From: Malacoraja senta
Lineage: Eukaryota
Direction of reading: 5' to 3'
Length of the DNA: 40,293 bases
Assembly: GCA_038087875.1 (NCBI GenBank)
Contig: JAXLNO010000573.1
Location: forward strand, 310,001-350,293
Both the position numbers and the translations under genes were made by a program. Position 1 is the first letter of the stretch. Each line of letters begins with the position of its first letter. Below the pieces are notes generated by a model that saw only the letters and a list, made by a program, of their open reading frames with translations, had not been told where the DNA came from and searched no databases. Below are positions 35,417 through 40,293 of this stretch, in pieces.

Positions 35417-35562
35417 CTTCTCCGTGGATTGTCACCTTGTCGTGGTGGAGAAGCTTGTGTGGTCCTGAGATCCTGTGAACGACGCCATCTGGAGCTATGC
35501 TCCTGGTAGGGCCACCAATGGCGGTAAGGTCGAGGGGGTGGTCCCAGACTAAGAGCAATCCA
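35417..35562 (+). ncRNA. Candidate HDV-like double-pseudoknot RNA (variant) at the RTE-derived 5' leader
   Basis: P1 CTTCTCC/GGAGAAG; P2 TGGATTGTC/GA(G)CAATCCA; P3 ACC/GGT; 7-nt L3 TTGTCGT; CTAA immediately before the 3' strand of P2. Confidence 0.45.
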
Positions 35563-35808
35563 ACCAAGACCTCAACGGTGGAACTGGCGGAGGATGATGA
35601 CTGACTTTAATGGGCGGATGAAGGCTGCAGCTGAAAAGGGTCCCCGGTTGTCTTGGACTCCATGCCACTGGATCCTGACCCAGATCTATCAAGAACTGGC
35701 TGCCTGTGCACCAGTCTCCCCATGATAAACAAAGTCACGCACAGGCATCCTCCATGGAGAGGACAGTAATACTCGTTTCGAGTGACCGCCGATGATGATG
35801 ATGATGAT
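35417..35808 (+). mobile_element. RTE-clade (BovB/Expander-like) derived short non-autonomous element with (GAT)n tail
   Basis: 5' GGATTGTCACCTTGTCGTGGTGGAGAAGCTTG...GAGCTATGC...GGTAGGGCCACC resembles recalled RTE 5' leaders; (GAT)6 tail at 35791-35808; inserted in the 3' end of an old CR1-group LINE; no clear TSD. Confidence 0.75.
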
Positions 35809-35809
35809 A

Positions 35810-37135
35810 AGGCAGCATTTATTGTTCATTTCTCATAGCCCTTAATGTAGGTGTGCTGTCTTCTTCAACTGCTATCATCTTCCTGTGCAAAAGCACTCAC
35901 AATATTGCTGGATAAAGAATTTCAGGATTTATCCAACATCAATAATGAAGGACTGGTTATATATTTCAGTTATGATGGTGTACAGTTTGGAGGAGAATGT
36001 GCTAGTGTTGTTATTTCCTTGGGCCTGCTTTCTTTGAACTTACTAGTGGCAGAAGTTATGGGTTTTGGGAATTTGACAGTTCAGTATGGACAAGTAACTG
36101 CAGTGCATTTGATGTATGATATATACCGGAGGTGAAAGGAATGAACGTGTAGGATGATGTTAAGATGTTAAATAAGTGAGCTGCTTTGTCTTGGATAGTC
36201 TCAAGCTTCCTGAAATTGTTGCCGTTTGTTCCTGCTCTTAAGGAGCAGATAATCTGCAGCTTCTGACTTGCATTTGTGGTTATGTGGTCCAGTTGAAATT
36301 CTGGTCTGTGATGACTCTCAGATTATTGATGGGGGAGTCTCAGTGATAGTAAAGCAATTGAATGTCGAAGGTTTGAGATTACACTTTTCCTTTGGCAATT
36401 TTGTGGTTACTTGGTACTTATCAGTCCATGCCTGAAGTTGCCTAGGTCTTGCAGTATGCAGACAAGGTCAGCTAAAGTGTGAATAAAACTGGACATTGTC
36501 CAATCGTCTGACCTTTCTGAAGGAAGAATAATCAATGATGAAGCAGAGGATGATTGACCTCTGGCATCCATAACCAACTTCCTTTCTACAGTGCCATGGC
36601 AGTGTTTGCCTTTGATGTCCATTGTCATCAGTGTGACTTGATCAGATGCTGCTTTAATATCAAACAGAGATCATTTTCACTTGCCATTTCTATTCATCAT
36701 GAGCAAAAGCAAAGTGATGGAGGAAATGAACGAGTCAGGCAGCATGTGGAGGGAAATATTCAGGTAGGGACCCTTTAGACGGATGCTGCCTGTTGCAAAT
36801 GTTGTCTGACCCTTCGAGTTCCTCCAGCACTTTTATTCTCACTCATGATTCCAGCATTTGTCGTCTCTTGTGTCTCCATTGCTATTCATTTCTTTGGCTC
36901 ATATTTGGACAAATGCTGTAAAAATGTTCTGGAGAAAGGAAAAATGGGATGATAAGCTATTGGTGTGTAAGTGTTGCTTGATGGCACTCTGCTGATGATT
37001 GAGCGTACACTGATTGAGCTGTGTTTGGCTAGATTGGATTCTCCTTGCATTTTATGAGCAGCCTGGGCAATCTTCCACATTGTCAGGTAGAATGCCAGTG
37101 TTATAACTATGCTGGAACAACTGAGCTAGATATCC
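35810..37135 (-). mobile_element. Old CR1-group LINE, degraded (same family as 5500-7050), interrupted by a Penelope fragment at ~36715-36880
   Basis: Collinear blocks GCAGCATTTATTG, CAGGATTT, CTTTGTCTTGGAT, GACATTGTCCAATCGTC, CCTGGGCAATCTTCCACATTGTCAGGTAGA. Confidence 0.65.
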
Positions 37136-37931
37136 AGCTTGTTCATAAGAACAGATGGAAATAGATATGAATGAAAGCAGAAGAGGGAAGAGAAAGAGAG
37201 GAGAGAGAAAGAGAGAGAATTAAATGCAAACACAATTCTGGAACCGCGAAGTAGGAAACATTGGAGAAACAAACACACTGTAGTTCCTCAATTAAAAACA
37301 ATGTAGGAACTATTTAGCACATCAGGCTACTTCTGTGGAGAGAGAAAACTGTTGGGAGAGGGCTCATATGAATCAATGCTTTCCAAAGCTGGTCTGCAAA
37401 ATACGAAGGAGAGAGGTTAAAATGGCATCTTGCATCTCCCGTGGTTTCATGGAAAGGTGCCTAAAGAATGGTGAGTGGCAAGAGGAGTGGCTTATTTAAA
37501 AATAATAATATTTCGTACATGAAAACACCATGTTGTACAATTGATATTCTGGACACAATTTTATACTTGGACCACTGAGGATTTAACAGTAAGATGGAGT
37601 CCAACATGTGACATTGTAAGGGATCATCAACTACTTTCAGCTTTGTTAGTGATTGACATATCATGAAGACGATACTCTTCTTTGACAGAGAGCAGTTGTT
37701 AAGATGTAGATGTAGATTTGTCTGAAAAGAGTTTGCAGATAATTGAGCAGATCAGTGGCTGGGTATTCTGTTTTAACCTGAATGCACAGCCAACAAGGCA
37801 TCCTGCAGTAAGTCAAACGGGAAGATACATTGTCATTTTAGGACAGAATGTCATACATTTAATTGACCAAAGCACTTCATTGTCATAATAGAATGGGGAA
37901 CTAGCATCTTGCACTTCTTCCTTCAGAGAAT

Positions 37932-38203
37932 GGGCAGCACGGTGGTGCAGCGTTGGAGATCCGGGTTCGATCCTCACTACGGGTGCTTGTCTCTGCAGAG
38001 TTTGTATGTTGTCCCCGTGACCTACATGGGTTTTCTCAGGGATCTTCAGTTTCCTCCCACACTCCAAAGACGTACAGGTTTGCAGGTTAATTTGCTTGGT
38101 GTAATGTTAAAATGGTCCCCAGTGTAGGGTAGTGTTAATATGCGGGGATTGCTGGTCGGTCCGAAGGGCCTGTTTCCACACTGTATTTCTAAACTAAACT
38201 AAA
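37932..38203 (+). mobile_element. HE1-type V-SINE
   Basis: GGCAGCACGGTGGTGCAGCG...GGGTTCGATCCT; GTTTCCTCCCACACTCCAAAGACG; CCGAAGGGCCTGTTTCC...(CTAAA)n. Confidence 0.88.
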
Positions 38204-39659
38204 GAACAAAGAACACAACCCTCTGCCATTAAGAGATGTATCAAATCTATACCATTAGTTAGCCAAATGTAATAAACAAATATTTTAAAAGTAATATTCT
38301 AGACTATAAGGACACTGAAAATGCAATTTTCCAGTCAAGGTTAATAGGTTGAGAGAGGTTATTTTACAATTCTTATCATTTAGTTTGATAATAACAAGAG
38401 AATCGATGCTCAAAAATAATTCCAAATGATTGCTTAAAGCATGGACGATTAATGGATGGTATAATATAATAGACCCGGACAATTTATTTATCATCTATAA
38501 AGGAAAAGGGGAAAATTGACAAGGTTACATCTACTGCAGTGCAAGTGTGATCAAACAGACCATTGGAGTGCTCACAATATGATTCCGTTACATTGTAGGG
38601 AGCCTTTCAGTACTTAACAAGTACTTCAGTACTTCCTTTTGCTGAGCAGTGGAAGTTAATCCAATACTCAATTGTTAAGTGTGGTTGGGTCCTTAATATG
38701 TAGATTGCACTTGTTTGTTCGCACATGTAAGTTTGTTCTGGAGATTGTACATTTGATGTTCAAATGGATGGTGGCTAAAAGGTATACACAGTCAAATCAA
38801 ATACATGTAATGTCATCACTTGCATGAAGTTCATCAGGCCATTATGTGCACACGAACTGTGTGATCAATCCACACAGAAGCAGACCTTTAACAAAGCAGT
38901 CTGTCGCTGTATTACTGCAAGAAAAGCAACCAGGGAGCTTGAACTTTTGTCAGATAGGCCCTCTTCTGCATTTTTCCTTCATGTTGTTCACCAACCCCCT
39001 CTCACCTCAAGGACACTACCGCCATCAAGATTACAGTCACTTCCTAATACTTCATATCCTGACCTGAACCCATGTCCTGACCCCAAATTCTCTTACGTGG
39101 TTCCTGTCCCCTTGGTGTATCAGATATCTCACACCACCAATAATTGAAGAATTACAAAATCTGCTCCTTTCCCTTCTCGGTGTGAACTCCATTCACAAAC
39201 GGCCAAGGATAATCTTGTCCTCTGAATCATGTGTCTTTTCAAAAGTATAGTTCATTTTGCTGGCCCACAATTATTAGAAACCTCATAATTATTAAGATGT
39301 TTTAAAGCCAAGTGCATATTGCTGGTATTGCTTCAGATGTGCAAACATAATGATAATAAGGGCTGCTTTGTATTTTACAACTCCTTTCGCTATGAGATTT
39401 AGTGGTGGATTTCTAAAGCTTCACTGACCCATTTTATCACAATTATTTAGCCAGTTTATTTTAATCGTAATTTTGGTATAAACTATGATGTGAAATTGCT
39501 GTACAATTTATACTGCTCCCCCCCCCCCCCCCCCTTTACAGGGCACCTCAATAATGATGTGTCTCCCCCTTCCCCCTCTTTTAAACAGATTACCTCGACC
39601 ACACCCCACCCATACATTAGTCCCGCTCTCTGAAAGTCCCTGCTCTCTGAAAGTCCCGA

Positions 39660-40293
39660 GTTAACTCATCCCTTCCCACACAAACCACCCCCTCCCCAGG
39701 TACCTTCCCTTACAACGGCAGACGATGCAGCACCTGTCCCTATACCTCCTCCCTCGACTTTCAGGTTAGGTAGAGGTCACTTGCACCTCCTCCAGCCTCA
39801 TCTACTGTATCCGTTGTTCAAGATGTGGACTCTTATACATCGGCGAGACCAAATGTAGACTGGGCGATCGTTTTGCTGAACACTTTCGCTCAGCCCGCCT
39901 GAACCTACCTGATCTCCCGGTTGCTAAACACTTTAATTCCCATTCCCACACAGACCTTTCCTAGGTCTCCTCCATTGTAAGTGAGGCTAAATGCAAATTG
40001 GAGGAACAGCAAATCATATTTTGTTTGAGCAGCGTACAGCCCAGTGGTATGAATATGGATCTCTCTCACTTCAGGTAGCCTTGGCATTCCCTTTCTCTCT
40101 ATCCCTCCCCCACTAGCTTCTAGCACCAGCTTCTCGTTTTCACCCAACAAACATCTAACAATGGCATTTCCTTTATCATCGTTACTTTTTTGCATATCTT
40201 TTATTCATTGTTTTTTATCTCTACATCATCATCTATATCTCTCGTTTCCCTTATCCCTAACCAGTCTGAAGAAGGGTCTCAACCTGAAACGTT
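39660..40293 (+). mobile_element. Penelope-like element 3' part (GIY-YIG region plus terminal repeat, cut by window edge)
   Basis: Translates to TCTSSSLIYCIRCSRCGLLYIGETKCRLGDRFAEHFRS...LPVAKHFNS; ends in CTGAAGAAGGGTCTCAACCTGAAACG. Confidence 0.9.

Noticed and set aside
39517..39657. Poly-C run and a 16-bp duplication GCTCTCTGAAAGTCCC
   Set aside because: Low-complexity or junction features next to a Penelope insertion; no array or CRISPR-like structure

Overview
Repeat-rich, AT-rich vertebrate genomic DNA with no supportable complete protein-coding gene. The repeat complement (HE1-type V-SINEs, HER1/CR1 LINE 3' ends, DeuSINE relics, Penelope-like elements, Rex1/Babar LINEs) points to a cartilaginous fish, probably a skate or ray (inference). 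Nearly all listed ORFs are broken retrotransposon fragments or chance ORFs. Family names are from recalled consensus motifs, not a database search, and boundaries of old repeats are approximate. Main discovery candidates: (1) a ~140-bp TSD-flanked, (AAG)n-tailed mini-retroposon in two copies (198-335, 28694-28833) whose first 54 nt fold into a complete minimal HDV/CPEB3-like ribozyme starting at the element's 5' end; (2) a ~390-bp RTE (BovB/Expander-like) derived element (35417-35808) whose 5' leader fits an HDV-like double pseudoknot with an unusual flipped P1.1 pair; (3) a locally templated fold-back insertion (2700-3061) flanked by a 15-bp duplication; (4) Penelope minimal hammerheads and a fold-back centred on hammerhead helix II; (5) a Harbinger-type MITE with a large internal palindrome.
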